Shown here in pieces: positions 1 to 11,157 of a DNA stretch of 64,000 bases; within the stretch, counting starts at the first letter, position 1, and the number at the start of each line of letters is the position of its first letter. Under the pieces are notes generated by a model. It saw only the letters and a program-made list of their open reading frames with translations, did not search any database and was not told where the DNA came from. A program made the translations under genes and the position numbers. Source of the stretch: Acidobacteria bacterium RIFCSPLOWO2_12_FULL_68_19 (lineage in GTDB: Bacteria; Acidobacteriota; Vicinamibacteria; Vicinamibacterales; UBA2999). Location of the stretch: contig MELF01000029.1 in assembly GCA_001767525.1 (NCBI GenBank), positions 25,500 to 89,499 on the forward strand, given 5' to 3'.

Positions 1-210
1 TTCTACCTGTCCTTGCCGATGAAGCCCCTGTGCCGCGATGACTGCCGGGGGCTCTGCCCGCAGTGCGGGGCGAACCTGAACCTGGCCGCGTGCGCCTGCT
101 CGTCCACCTGGGAGGAGTCGCGGCTTGCGGCGCTCGAGGCGCTGGCGGGGGATCGTTCGGATCGTTCGAACCGTTCGGACCGTTCGAACCAACGAACCCC
201 TGAGAGGTGA
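1..210 (+). CDS. yceD: DUF177/YceD family protein, 5'-partial
   Basis: Frame 1 reads FYLSLPMKPLCRDDCRGLCPQCGANLN, the YceD Cys motif; sits directly upstream of rpmF as in the conserved cluster. The C-terminus runs into a DNA repeat. Confidence 0.9.
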   Translation, partial: FYLSLPMKPLCRDDCRGLCPQCGANLNLAACACSSTWEESRLAALEALAGDRSDRSNRSDRSNQRTPER

Positions 211-240
211 ACCAGAAGGATCCGAACGACCTGAACGACG
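150..240. repeat. 9-bp tandem repeat (GATCGTTCG/AACCGTTCG) with a degenerate inverted arm
   Basis: gatcgttcg gatcgttcg aaccgttcg gaccgttcg at about 151-186, followed by ccgaacgacc/tgaacgacg at about 220-240. Confidence 0.7.
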
Positions 241-252
241 ACATAGACACGT

Positions 253-435
253 ATGCCAAATCCAAAACGCCGACACTCCAAGACACGGACCGCCAAGCGG
301 CGCACGCACGACGCGCTGCGGCCGGCGACGACCGGTCTGTGTCCCCAGTGCCACGAACCCAAGGCGCCGCATCGCGTGTGTCCCCACTGCGGCTACTACC
401 GGGAGCGGCAGGTCCGGCCCGTCGACGAGGAGTAA
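253..435 (+). CDS. rpmF: 50S ribosomal protein L32
   Basis: MPNPKRRHSKTRTAKRR with CPQC/CPHCGYY zinc motif. Confidence 0.98.
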   Translation: MPNPKRRHSKTRTAKRRTHDALRPATTGLCPQCHEPKAPHRVCPHCGYYRERQVRPVDEE

Positions 436-480
436 CCCGACCGCGTGTCGGTGCCCCCAGGCGCCGAAGGCGTCCACGCC

Positions 481-1491
481 ATGACCCGCATCGCCGTTGA
501 CGCGATGGGCGGCGACCATGCGCCGTCGGCGGTGGTCGACGGGGCGGTGTCCGCCGCGCGCCATCTTGCCGTCCGCATTGCGCTCGTCGGGCCGACCTCC
601 GCGCTCGAGGAGGCGCTCGCATCCCATCCGGACTGGCGCGCGCTCGGGCTGGAGATCGTCGAGGCTCCCGAGGCGGTGGAGATGGCCGAACCGGCCGCGG
701 CGGCGCTCCGGCGCAAGCCGCGCGCGTCGATCCGGGTTGCCGCCGATCTGGTGGCGCGGCGCGAGGCGGCCGCCCTGTTCAGCGCCGGCCATACCGGCGC
801 GACGGTGCTGGCCGCGCATGCCGCGTTCGGCATGATGCCGGGTGTCGATCGGCCGGCGCTCGTGGCCACGATCCCGACGCGCGCCCGCCCGGCGGTGCTC
901 GTCGACGCCGGCGCCACCGTCGACTGCCGCCCGCAGCACCTCCTGCAGTTTGCCGTCATGGGCAGCGTCTACGCGCGCGTGGCGCTCGGCGTCGATCGCC
1001 CCCGCGTGGGCCTGCTGTCGATTGGCGAGGAGGAGACCAAGGGAAACGAGCTGACGCGCGAGGCGCATCGGCTGCTCAAGGGGTCGCCGGTGCACTTCAT
1101 CGGCAACGTCGAGGGGCGCGAGATCTACAGTGGCATTGCGGACGTCGTCGTCTGCGACGGTTTTACGGGCAACGTCGTGCTCAAGACGAGCGAAGGACTC
1201 GTCGACGCCGTAGAGACACTGCTCGGCGACGAGCTGAAGGGAACCTTCTCGAGCCACGTGGGCTACCTCCTGTCGCGCCGGGCGTTCCGGCGATTCCGCC
1301 GCCGCGTGGATTATTCCGAGTACGGCGGCGCGCCGCTGCTCGGCCTCGCGCAGCTGGCGATCGTCGGCCACGGGCGCTCTTCGGCCAAAGCGGTGCGGAA
1401 CGCGATTGCCGTGGCGTCCCGGTTCGCCACGAGCGACTTCCTGCGCCGGGTCGAGCGCGAGATCGCCCTTGCCGCAGTGGCCGACCGATGA
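481..1491 (+). CDS. plsX: Phosphate acyltransferase PlsX
   Basis: RIAVDAMGGDHAP N-terminus, DRPAL, GNVEG, DVVVCDGFTGNVVLK and YGGAPLLG motifs. ATG 481 chosen over GTG 445. Confidence 0.97.
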   Translation: MTRIAVDAMGGDHAPSAVVDGAVSAARHLAVRIALVGPTSALEEALASHPDWRALGLEIVEAPEAVEMAEPAAAALRRKPRASIRVAADLVARREAAALFSAGHTGATVLAAHAAFGMMPGVDRPALVATIPTRARPAVLVDAGATVDCRPQHLLQFAVMGSVYARVALGVDRPRVGLLSIGEEETKGNELTREAHRLLKGSPVHFIGNVEGREIYSGIADVVVCDGFTGNVVLKTSEGLVDAVETLLGDELKGTFSSHVGYLLSRRAFRRFRRRVDYSEYGGAPLLGLAQLAIVGHGRSSAKAVRNAIAVASRFATSDFLRRVEREIALAAVADR

Positions 1492-2447
1492 TTGCGTTCA
1501 TCTTTCCGGGCCAGGGTTCTCAGACGGTTGGCATGGGGAAGGCGCTGGCCCACGTGTTTCCCGAGGCGCGCGCCGCCTTCGACGAAGCCGACGCGGCGTT
1601 TGCCGCGGCGGCGGCCGGGACGACGGCCCCGAACCGCTCGCTGCGGCAGCTATGCTTCGAGGGGCCGGAGGATCAGCTGACGCTCACCGAGCATACCCAG
1701 CCGGCGATCCTGGCCGTCAGCATCGCTGCCGCCCGCGTCCTCGAGGCCCGGGGCATCCGTCCGCAGATCGTCGCCGGTCACAGCCTGGGGGAGTATTCGG
1801 CGAACGTGGCAGCCGGCACGTTCTCCTTTGCCGACGCCGTCGGCATCGTGCGCCGCCGCGGCCGCTACATGCAGGAAGCGGTGCCGCCCGGGCTGGGCGC
1901 CATGGCGGCCATCCTCGGTCTCGACGCCGCCCAGGTGCGCGGCGCGTGCGAGGCGGCCTCCGGCGGTGAGGTCGTCGGTCCCGCCAACATCAACAGTCCG
2001 GGACAAATCGTGATCGCCGGCGCCGCCGCCGCGGTCGACCGGGCGGCAGCGCACGCCGTGGCGCTGGGCGCCAGGCGCGTCGTGCCGCTGCAGGTCAGCG
2101 CGCCGTTCCACTGCGCGCTGATGAAGCCGGCGGAGGCGCGGCTCGAGCCGGAGCTGCGCGCGCTCGCCGTGCGCGACCCGGGAGTGCCGATCGTCGCCAA
2201 CGTCGACGCCCAGCCGAAGCGGGACGCGCGCGCCGCCATCGACGCGCTGATCGGCCAGGTGTCGGCGCCGGTGCTGTGGGAGGGCGTCGTACGCCGCCTT
2301 GCGTCGGAGGGCGTCACCACGTATGTTGAGGTGGGTCCGGGGCGCGTGCTCGGCGGACTGGTGAAGAAGATCCAGAAGGACGCGCAGATCCTGGCGTTCG
2401 CGGAGCCGGGGGATCTGGACGCGGTTCTTCGAGCGGGAAAGAAGTAG
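1488..2447 (+). CDS. fabD: Malonyl CoA-ACP transacylase
   Basis: FPGQGSQ, GHSLGEY catalytic Ser, VSAPFHC. Confidence 0.97.
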   Translation: MIAFIFPGQGSQTVGMGKALAHVFPEARAAFDEADAAFAAAAAGTTAPNRSLRQLCFEGPEDQLTLTEHTQPAILAVSIAAARVLEARGIRPQIVAGHSLGEYSANVAAGTFSFADAVGIVRRRGRYMQEAVPPGLGAMAAILGLDAAQVRGACEAASGGEVVGPANINSPGQIVIAGAAAAVDRAAAHAVALGARRVVPLQVSAPFHCALMKPAEARLEPELRALAVRDPGVPIVANVDAQPKRDARAAIDALIGQVSAPVLWEGVVRRLASEGVTTYVEVGPGRVLGGLVKKIQKDAQILAFAEPGDLDAVLRAGKK

Positions 2448-2647
2448 ACGAAGTAGAAGAAGTGGAAAAGTGGAAGAAGTAGACGAAGTAGGACAAGTGC
2501 AGAGAGTGGAAGACGTGGAACCGTGGATTGGCGAGACCGTGGACGCATGCCACGCCGGACCCGGCGTCACTTGTCAACTTACTTTTCCACTTTTCCACTT
2601 CTTCCACTTCGTCTACTTCGTCTACTTCTTCCACTTGTTCCACTTCT
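2442..2647. repeat. Microsatellite-armed inverted repeat (8-9 bp units AAGT[AG]GA[AC]G and their complement)
   Basis: About 8 units at 2442-2520 and about 8 complementary units at 2583-2647, with a spacer of about 60 nt; starts at the fabD stop codon. Confidence 0.9.
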
Positions 2648-2662
2648 CCCCCCCGGGCCGTC

Positions 2663-3403
2663 ATGTTCTCCCTGTCCGGTAAGGTGGCCATCGTGACCGG
2701 GGCGTCGCGGGGGATCGGGCGCGCCGTGGCGACGCTGCTCGCCGAGCGCGGCGCACATGTCGTTGCGGTGGCCAGAGGCGATCACGCCGCCGACACGGCG
2801 GCGACCGTCCGCTCGACGGGCGGGCGCGCGGAGGCGGCCGCCGTCGATGTGACCGACGCGGGCGCCGTCGAGGCGATGGTCGCCGACGCCCTCGAGCGCC
2901 ACGGCCGGATCGACATCCTGGTGAACAACGCCGGAATCGCCCGTGACCAGCTGCTGCTGCGCATGAAGCGCGAAGAGTGGGATCAGGTAATCGCGACCAA
3001 CCTGACAGCCGCCTACGTCTGCGCGCAGGCGGTGCTCAGACCGATGATCAAGCAGCGCCGCGGTCGGATCGTCAGCATCAGCTCGGTCGTCGGGCAGACC
3101 GGGAATGCCGGCCAGGCGAACTACGCGGCCTCGAAGGCGGGGCTGATCGGGTTCAGCAAGGCGCTGGCGCGCGAGGTCGCCTCGCGGAACATCACGGTCA
3201 ACGTCGTCGCCCCCGGACTGATCGAGACCGACATGACGCGCGCCCTCACCGAGAAGGCCCAGGGGGACTGGGCCGCGCAGATCCCGCTTGGACGGCTCGG
3301 GGAGACGACCGACGTGGCGGCGGCAGTCTGTTTTCTCGCCTCGGACGAGGCATCGTATATTACAGGGCAAGTCCTGGCCGTCAACGGCGGGATGTACATG
3401 TGA
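2663..3403 (+). CDS. fabG: 3-oxoacyl-ACP reductase
   Basis: TGASRGIG, NNAGI and YAASK SDR motifs. True ATG at 2663; the ORF-track extension to 2528 is repeat-derived. Confidence 0.97.
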   Translation: MFSLSGKVAIVTGASRGIGRAVATLLAERGAHVVAVARGDHAADTAATVRSTGGRAEAAAVDVTDAGAVEAMVADALERHGRIDILVNNAGIARDQLLLRMKREEWDQVIATNLTAAYVCAQAVLRPMIKQRRGRIVSISSVVGQTGNAGQANYAASKAGLIGFSKALAREVASRNITVNVVAPGLIETDMTRALTEKAQGDWAAQIPLGRLGETTDVAAAVCFLASDEASYITGQVLAVNGGMYM

Positions 3404-3436
3404 GTGACGTGGTGGCCGAGAGGCGGTCGTTGGTGG

Positions 3437-3478
3437 CGACCGACTGACCGCCGACTACCGACTACCGACTACCGACTG
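3437..3478. repeat. 7-bp tandem repeat (CCGACTA)n
   Basis: ccgacta x3 plus ccgactg at 3451-3478, abutting the acpP RBS (GGAGG 3478-3482). Confidence 0.85.
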
Positions 3479-3486
3479 GAGGCGTG

Positions 3487-3729
3487 ATGGCGGTTGCAGA
3501 CAAGGTGAAGAGCATCATCGTGGAACAGCTCGGCGTGGACGAGGAAGAGGTGACGCCGGACGCGTCCTTCGTTGACGACCTCGGTGCCGATTCGCTCGAC
3601 ACGGTGGAGCTCGTCATGGCGTTCGAGGAAGAGTTCGGGATCGAGATTCCCGACGAGGACGCCGAGAAGATTACCCGCGTGAAGGAAGCGATCGATTACA
3701 TCGACGCTCACGCCAAAGGAAAGAAGTAG
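3487..3729 (+). CDS. acpP: Acyl carrier protein
   Basis: [20 protein letters not shown] phosphopantetheine motif. Confidence 0.98.
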   Translation: MAVADKVKSIIVEQLGVDEEEVTPDASFVDDLGADSLDTVELVMAFEEEFGIEIPDEDAEKITRVKEAIDYIDAHAKGKK

Positions 3730-3735
3730 CGCGGT

Positions 3736-4977
3736 GTGAGCAGGCGGGTCGTCATCACCGGCATCGGGCTGGTGTCGTCGCTCGGCATTGGCACCGGCGC
3801 GAACTGGGTTGCGCTGCTGGCTGGCAGGAGCGGCGTCGGACGGATCACGAAATTCGACCCGAGTGAGTTCGCCGCGCAGATCGCGGCAGAGGTCACCGGA
3901 TTCGATCCCCTGCGGTTCGTCGACAGGAAGGACGTCAAGAAGATGGACGTCTTCATCCAGTACGCCATCGCCGCCACCCAGTTCGCGATGGACGATTCCC
4001 GCCTCACGATCACTCCGGAGCGCGCGCCGCGCACCGGCGTCTTCATCGCGTCGGGCATCGGCGGATTCACCACGATCGAGCGCGAGCACCGGGCGCTCAT
4101 CGAAGGCGGTCCGCGGAAGATCTCGCCGTTCTTCATTCCGTCGGCGATCATCAACCTGGCGGCCGGCCAGGTGTCGATCCGCTTCGGCGCCAAGGGCCCG
4201 AACTCCGCGACGTGCACCGCCTGCTCCGCCTCGGCGCACGCCATCGGCGACGCCTTCGAGATCATCCGCCGCGGCGACGCGGACGCGATGATTGCCGGCG
4301 GCTCCGAGGCGGCGATTACGCCGATGGGCGTCGGCGGGTTTGCGGCGCTTCGCGCGCTGTCGACGCGCAACGACGAGCCCGAGCGCGCCAGCCGGCCGTT
4401 CGACCGCGACCGCGACGGCTTCATCATCGGCGAAGGCTCGGGGATCGTGGTGCTCGAGGAGCTCGAGCAGGCCCGGCAGCGCGGCGCTCCGATCTATGCC
4501 GAGCTGGTCGGGTACGGCATGTCGGCCGACGCCTACCACATCACCGCGCCCTCCGAGGACGGCGACGGCGCGGTGCGCGTCATGCACCTGGCGCTCGAGA
4601 AGGCCCGCGTCCGCCCGGACGAGGTCGATTACATCAACGCCCACGGCACGTCGACGCCCCACAACGATCGGCTGGAGACGCTCGCCATCAAGCGGCTGTT
4701 CGGCGACCACGCGCGCAGGCTGGCCATCTCGTCGACCAAATCGATGACCGGCCACTTGCTCGGCGCGGCCGGCGGAGTGGAGGCGGGCATCACGGCGCTC
4801 GCGGTGCACCATCAGGAGATGCCGCCGACGATCAACCTCGACACTCCCGATCCGGCGTGCGACCTCGACTACGTGCCGCATCGGAGCCGCCGCAGTCCGA
4901 TCCGGTATGCGCTCTCCAACTCGTTCGGCTTCGGCGGTACCAACGCGGCGCTGCTGTTCAAGAGATACGAGGGGTGA
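3736..4977 (+). CDS. fabF: 3-oxoacyl-ACP synthase II
   Basis: [11 protein letters not shown] (Cys), [29 protein letters not shown]. Confidence 0.97.
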   Translation: MSRRVVITGIGLVSSLGIGTGANWVALLAGRSGVGRITKFDPSEFAAQIAAEVTGFDPLRFVDRKDVKKMDVFIQYAIAATQFAMDDSRLTITPERAPRTGVFIASGIGGFTTIEREHRALIEGGPRKISPFFIPSAIINLAAGQVSIRFGAKGPNSATCTACSASAHAIGDAFEIIRRGDADAMIAGGSEAAITPMGVGGFAALRALSTRNDEPERASRPFDRDRDGFIIGEGSGIVVLEELEQARQRGAPIYAELVGYGMSADAYHITAPSEDGDGAVRVMHLALEKARVRPDEVDYINAHGTSTPHNDRLETLAIKRLFGDHARRLAISSTKSMTGHLLGAAGGVEAGITALAVHHQEMPPTINLDTPDPACDLDYVPHRSRRSPIRYALSNSFGFGGTNAALLFKRYEG

Positions 4978-4994
4978 GCGCTCGGAGGAACACC

Positions 4995-5070
4995 CCACCG
5001 GAACACCGAGACACCGAGGCACGGAGAAGAACTATGATTCCTTTTTCTCGGTGTCTCGGTGTCTCGGTGG
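4995..5070. repeat. Hairpin element family B (ACACCGAG/ACAGAG-type 9-bp units), copy 1
   Basis: acaccgagacaccgaggcacggaga ... tctcggtgtctcggtgtctcggtgg; similar to 28205-28275 and 56024-56089. Confidence 0.85.
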
Positions 5071-5080
5071 TACGTCATCG

Positions 5081-5838
5081 ATGAAGATCGCCGTCTGCAT
5101 CAAGCAGGTCCCCACCCGCGAGTGGCAGCCCCGGATTCGCGACGACAAGCGGTGGATCCGCGGCGAAGACGTCGCCTACGAGATGAACGAGCCGGACGCC
5201 TACGCGCTCGAGGAGGCGCTGCGCCTCCGCGAGCAGCACGGCGGCGAGGTGGTCGTCTGCTCGGCCGGACCGGCGCGCGTCCAGCAGGTGCTGCGCGAGG
5301 CGCTCGCCCGCGGCGCCGATCGGGCGCTCCACGTGGAGGATGAGTCGCTCGCCGTCTCCGACGCCTTCGTGAGCGCCGGCGCGCTGGCGGCGGCGATGGC
5401 GGTGGAGCAGTTCGACCTCGTGCTGACCGGCCTGCAGTCAGACGACCAGGGGCACGCGCAGACGGGCGTCGTCCTCGCCGAGCGGCTCGGAATCCCGCAC
5501 TCCACGATCATCATGGAGGTCCAGGTGCAGCCCTCGGGCGTTCGCGTCAAACGCGAGCTCGAAGGCGGCTGGTTCCAGTGGATATCGCTGCCGCTGCCGG
5601 CCCTGCTCACGATTCAGAGCGGCATCAATCAGCTCCGCTACGCGACGCTGAAAGGGATCATGGCGGCCAAGAAGAAGGAGATCCGCCGGGTGCCGCTCGC
5701 CGCCGGCCTCCAGCCCGCGCAGGAAATCGTGTCGCTGGCGCTCCCCTCGCGAGCCAAGCAGACGCAGATCATCGACGGCTCACCCCAGGAGGCCGCCCGC
5801 GAGCTCGTGCGGCGGCTCCGCGAAGAGGCGAGGGCGCT

Positions 5839-5842
<4 letters not shown>
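5081..5842 (+). CDS. etfB: Electron transfer flavoprotein beta subunit
   Basis: MKIAVCIKQVP, NEPDAYALEEAL, ALARGAD, GLQSDDQG motifs. Confidence 0.95.
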
Positions 5843-6803
<961 letters not shown>

Positions 6804-6804
<1 letters not shown>

Positions 6805-8507
6805 TGCAGCGTGAGACCCTCGATGTCGACGTCCTGATCGTCGGCGGCGGCCCGGCAGGACTGTCGGCAGCGCTTCGCCTGGTGCAGCTTCAGGAACAGC
6901 GTAGGCCGGGTCCTTCGGGACCCGGCGACGCGCCGTTGTCGATCGCCGTGCTCGAGAAGGCGCGCGACGCGGGGGCGCACGTGCTGTCGGGTGCGGTGCT
7001 CGATCCGTCCGCGCTTCGGGATCTGATTCCGGACTTCCGCGAGAAAGGGGCGCCGCTCGCCGCCGCGGTGCGGCGGGATCGCGTCTACTTCCTGACGGAG
7101 CGGTCGAAGCTGCCGTTCCCCGTCATTCCGCCGCCGCTCAGCAATCACGGCAACTACATCGTGTCGCTGAACCGGCTGGTGCGCTGGCTGGCCGAGCAGA
7201 TGGAAGGGCAGGGCGTCGATCTCTTCAGCGGTATCGCCGGGCAGCACGTGCTCACCGACGGCGACCGGGTCATCGGCGTACGGACGGGCGATCGCGGGGT
7301 CGACCGGCAAGGGGTGCGGAAACCGGCCTTCGAACCGGGCGTCGACATCCGGGCGAAGGTGACGATCTTCTGCGACGGCGTGCGCGGCAACCTCACCAAG
7401 GAGCTGCTGCGGCGGTTCCATCTCGGGCGCCTCCGCCAGAGGGAGCAGTTTGCCGTCGGCCTGAAGGAGATCTGGGAGGTTCCCGCCGGCCGGCTCGACC
7501 CGGGCACCGTCGTCCACACGATGGGGTACCCGCTGCGGCACGACGAATTCGGCGGGGGATTCATCTACGCGACGGGTGACGGACAGTTGTCGGTCGGACT
7601 GGTCGTGGGCCTCGACTACAAGGACCCGCTGTTCGATCCGCACACGGCGTTCAACCGCTTCAAGCGGCACCGGTTCGTCCGCGGGTTGCTCGAGGGCGGA
7701 CAGCGGATCCGCTACGGTGCGAAGGCGCTGCCCGAAGGCGGCTGGAACGCGATTCCCCGGCCGTATCTCCACGGCGCCCTCATTGCCGGCGATGCCGGAG
7801 GCTTCCTCAATTCGATGCGGCTCAAGGGCATTCACCTCGCCATGCGTACCGGCATGCTCGCCGCCGAATCGGCGTTCGAGGCGATTCGGGCCGGCGACAC
7901 GTCGGCCTCCGGCCTCTCGCGCTACCAGGACAAGATCGACCGCAGCCCCGTCAAGGCGGAGCTCTATCGCGTGCGCAACGTACATCAGGCGTTCGAGTAC
8001 GGCCTGTTCGCGGGGCTGGCGTTCGCCGGACTGACGATGCTCACGCGCGGCCGGTGGGCAAAGGATCTGCACGGGCAGGCGGGTCACGAGCGGATGAAGA
8101 CGCTCGGCTCGTACTACGGGGCCCCTCCAGCCTCCGCTGACGCGTCGGCGGGCCAGCCTGGTTCGCCTGCGCCGAGCAACGCCACGGAGGTCGACCGGCG
8201 GCTCACGTTCGACAAGCCGACCAACGTCCACTATTCGGGGACGGCGCACGGCGAGGACCAGCCGGCGCACCTGCTGGTGCATACCGAGGTGTGCAGCACG
8301 ATCTGCGGGGCCGAGTACGGGCACCCGTGCACACGCTTCTGTCCCGCCAACGTCTACGAGATCGTGCAGCAGCCGGACGGCCCCCGCCTGCAGATCAACG
8401 CGTCGAACTGCGTACACTGCAAGACGTGCGACATCATGGACCCCTACGGTGTGATCACCTGGGTGCCGCCCGAGGGCGGCGGGGGACCTCAGTACAGTGG
8501 CATGTGA
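6804..8507 (+). CDS. ETF:ubiquinone oxidoreductase (FAD domain plus C-terminal 4Fe-4S)
   Basis: DVLIVGGGPAGLSAA, LSGAVLDP, KGIHLAM, C-terminal FCPANVYE...NCVHCKTCDI; follows etfBA. Confidence 0.93.
6899..6930 (+). repeat. GTAG-type REP-like palindrome, in-frame inside ETF:QO
   Basis: GCGTAG GCCGGGTCC TTCG GGACCCGGC GACG; matches the minus-strand copy at 9949-9980 except for 2 loop bases. Confidence 0.8.
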
Positions 8508-9177
8508 GGACTGGCGGGCATCGGCGGTCAAGCGCTTCCAGGTGTCCGCGATCGCCGCGCTCGGCTATCCGCTGATCGCGGCGCTCGGCCATACGCTGCG
8601 CTGGCGCGTCGAGGGGCTGCACCACCTCGAGGCGATTCGCGCCGCCGGACGGCAGCCGGTGATGGCGTTCTGGCATGGCCGCATCCTGCCCGCCACCGTC
8701 TACTTCCGCCGCCGCGGGATCGTCGTCATCACGAGCGAGAACTTCGACGGCGAGTGGATCGCGCGGATCATCGAGCGCTTCGGCTACGGGACGGCGCGCG
8801 GATCGACCTCCCGCGGGGCGCGCAAGGCGATGCTGCAGCTCGTGCGCGAGATGCAGCAGGGGAGACCCGCCGGGTTCACCCTCGACGGCCCACGGGGGCC
8901 GGCGCTCGTGGCGCAGCCCGGTGCGATCTGGCTCGCCCGGACCACGGGCAACCCCCTCCTCCCGTTTCATCTCGAGGCGTCGCGCCACTGGTCGCTCCGG
9001 AGCTGGGACCGCACCCAGATTCCGAAGCCGTTCAGCACGGTGGCGCTGGTTGTCGGCGAACCGATGCCGGTGCCCGCGGATACCTCGGACGCCGACCTCG
9101 AGCGTTGGCGCGTCGAGCTGGAGATCAGGCTGCGGGCGCTCGAGCGTCGAGCCCTCGCGCTGGTCGGACGGGCGTAA
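8497..9177 (+). CDS. DUF374 / lysophospholipid acyltransferase-like protein
   Basis: AFWHGRIL, SENFDGEWIA, RGSTSRG, FTLDGPRGP, SWDRTQIPKPFS. Confidence 0.85.
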   Translation: MACEDWRASAVKRFQVSAIAALGYPLIAALGHTLRWRVEGLHHLEAIRAAGRQPVMAFWHGRILPATVYFRRRGIVVITSENFDGEWIARIIERFGYGTARGSTSRGARKAMLQLVREMQQGRPAGFTLDGPRGPALVAQPGAIWLARTTGNPLLPFHLEASRHWSLRSWDRTQIPKPFSTVALVVGEPMPVPADTSDADLERWRVELEIRLRALERRALALVGRA

Positions 9178-9183
9178 CCGCAG

Positions 9184-9432
9184 CTACGGGACCGCCGTGC
9201 CGCTGGCGTCGTGGTAGTGGCCGTGCTCGGTCGACCAGACGCGCGTTGGGCCGGTGGCCCGCTCGCCGGTGAACGAGGCGATGCCGACGATGATCGCCCC
9301 AAGCACCGCGGCGCCCACCAGCATCATCAGCAGCCGTCCGTTCGACTGGCGGCGTTCCTTCGACTCGCAGCACTTCTTGTACTTCCGGCCGCTGCCGCAG
9401 GGGCACAGGTCGTTGCGTCCAGTTTTGGCCAT
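9184..9432 (-). CDS. Small SEC-C motif membrane protein with His-rich C-terminus
   Basis: [18 protein letters not shown], then a hydrophobic helix, then WSTEHGHYH; GAGG RBS upstream. Confidence 0.85.
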   Translation of the reverse strand: MAKTGRNDLCPCGSGRKYKKCCESKERRQSNGRLLMMLVGAAVLGAIIVGIASFTGERATGPTRVWSTEHGHYHDASGTAVP

Positions 9433-9572
9433 GGGTGGTCCTCGGGCCATGAAGTCTACGATGGTGTGGAGGATTTTGCCAGTGCAAGGCACCGGCCCGA
9501 ACCCCGTCAGCCAGGGCGCCACGCGTACTCGGACATGGTGTCGGACTACAATCAGCGCCTATCGAGGTGCCT

Positions 9573-9947
9573 ATGGCCCACGTCGCGACCGACCTCGCCG
9601 TCACCCTGCCGGAGGATCGCCCGGGCATGCTGTCCAAGGCCGTCAATGCCGTCGGCAAAGCCGGCCTCAATCTCGAGGGGCACGCGGAAATGGAAGGAGT
9701 CGTGCACATCCTGATTACCGCCGCGGACGCGGCGCGCGCCGCCCTCGAGGGAGCAGGCTTCCGGATCGTCAAGGAGCAGCAAGTGGTGCTCGTGCCGGTT
9801 GAGGATCGGCCCGGGTCCGCCGCGGGCGTGTTCCGGCGAATCGCGGATGCGAAGGTGAACATCCGGTTCAGTTATCTCGCCACGCGCAACCGGCTGGTGA
9901 TTGCCGCCGACGATCTGGGGGATCTGATTGCGGCGCTCTCGGATTAG
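9573..9947 (+). CDS. Tandem ACT-domain protein
   Basis: Two ACT-like repeats, EDRPGMLSKA and EDRPGSAAGV; GAGG RBS. Confidence 0.8.
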   Translation: MAHVATDLAVTLPEDRPGMLSKAVNAVGKAGLNLEGHAEMEGVVHILITAADAARAALEGAGFRIVKEQQVVLVPVEDRPGSAAGVFRRIADAKVNIRFSYLATRNRLVIAADDLGDLIAALSD

Positions 9948-9948
9948 A

Positions 9949-9980
9949 CGTCGCCGGGTCCAAAAGGACCCGGCCTACGC
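9949..9980 (-). repeat. GTAG-type REP-like palindrome, intergenic copy
   Basis: Minus strand reads GCGTAG GCCGGGTCC TTTT GGACCCGGC GACG. Confidence 0.8.
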
Positions 9981-9986
9981 GATCTC

Positions 9987-11015
9987 GTGCCATTGACGAT
10001 CTTCACGTCCGACCGGTGGGCCGACCATCTCACGCCGCCGGGTCATCCCGAACGCGTCGAGCGCGCGGAGGTGATGCAGGTGGTCGCCTCGGAGTTCCGG
10101 AGGCGCGGCGGGGCGGTGGTGGCGCCGCGCCCGGCCACGGAGGACGAGATTGGCCGAATCCACGATCGGGAGTACGTCGCGCTCATCAGGGAAACGGCGG
10201 GACGCGCGGTGGCGCTCGATCCGGACACGTTCACCTCCCCGGAGACCTACGACGTGGCGCGCCTGGCCGCAGGGGCGGCGGTCGGCGCGGTCGATCACGT
10301 GCTGGACGCGGGAGGCGGCGCCAGGGCGCTGGCGATGGTGCGGCCGCCCGGACACCACGCCGAGCGAAACCGCGCGATGGGATTCTGCGTCTTCAACAAC
10401 GCGGCGATTGCCGCCGCCCACGCCCGGGCCCGCGGCCTGGCGCGCGTCGCCGTCGTCGACTACGACGTGCACCACGGCAATGGCACCGAGCGGTCCTTCT
10501 ATCAGGATCCGTCGGTGCTGTACGTGTCTTCGCACCAGTTCCCCTTCTATCCCGGGACCGGCGCGGCCGACGAGATCGGGTCGGGGAAGGGCGCGGGTTT
10601 CACCGTGAACTTTCCGATGGACGCCGGCTCGACCGACGCCGACTACGAGCGCATCTGGGCTGCGGTGGCCGCCATCCTGCGCCAGTTCCGTCCGCAGTTG
10701 ATTCTGATCTCTGCGGGATTCGACGCGCACGCCGACGATCCGCTGGGCGGCATGCGCGTGACGACGCCGCAGTTCGGACGGCTCACGGCGGTGATTGCCG
10801 AGGCGGCCGACCGGTGCTGCGAGGGACGTCTCGTGGCGGTGACCGAGGGCGGATACGATCTGGCCGCGCTGGCGGGATCGCTGCGCCTGGTCATCGATGT
10901 GCTGGATGGGGCGACGCCCCGCGGCGCGCTGGCGGTGCCAATCGGCCCGACGCCGCGCGCCGACGCCGCGCTCGCCGCCGTCCGTCCCCATCTGAGCAAG
11001 TTCTGGCAGATATAA
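9987..11015 (+). CDS. Histone deacetylase / AcuC family Zn-dependent deacetylase
   Basis: [45 protein letters not shown]. Confidence 0.93.
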   Translation: MPLTIFTSDRWADHLTPPGHPERVERAEVMQVVASEFRRRGGAVVAPRPATEDEIGRIHDREYVALIRETAGRAVALDPDTFTSPETYDVARLAAGAAVGAVDHVLDAGGGARALAMVRPPGHHAERNRAMGFCVFNNAAIAAAHARARGLARVAVVDYDVHHGNGTERSFYQDPSVLYVSSHQFPFYPGTGAADEIGSGKGAGFTVNFPMDAGSTDADYERIWAAVAAILRQFRPQLILISAGFDAHADDPLGGMRVTTPQFGRLTAVIAEAADRCCEGRLVAVTEGGYDLAALAGSLRLVIDVLDGATPRGALAVPIGPTPRADAALAAVRPHLSKFWQI

Positions 11016-11020
11016 TTGAC

Positions 11021-11148
11021 CTGCCGTTCGCACTTCTGAGTTCTCGGTTCTCGGTTCGCGTTCAGGTTCGTGTGCGGGTTCGGGTCCACACCCCGAACCG
11101 AACCTGAACACGAACCGAGAAGCAAGAACGGAGAAGCGTGAACGACAG
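11021..11148. repeat. Hairpin element family A (GAACC-unit arms, terminal AGAAGCGTGAACGACAG), copy 1
   Basis: Left end ctgccgttcgcacttct pairs at 14/17 with right end agaagcgtgaacgacag; internal GGTTC/GAACC units. Confidence 0.85.
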
Positions 11149-11157
11149 TTCCTCTCT

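Noticed and set aside
1491-1500. fabH absent between plsX and fabD
   Set aside because: fabH is often located elsewhere; absence from the cluster says nothing about the genome.
2314-2691. ORFs with EVDEVEEV or STSSTSS low-complexity sequence, and the fabG extension to 2528
   Set aside because: These are translations of the intergenic repeat; fabG has a normal start at 2663.
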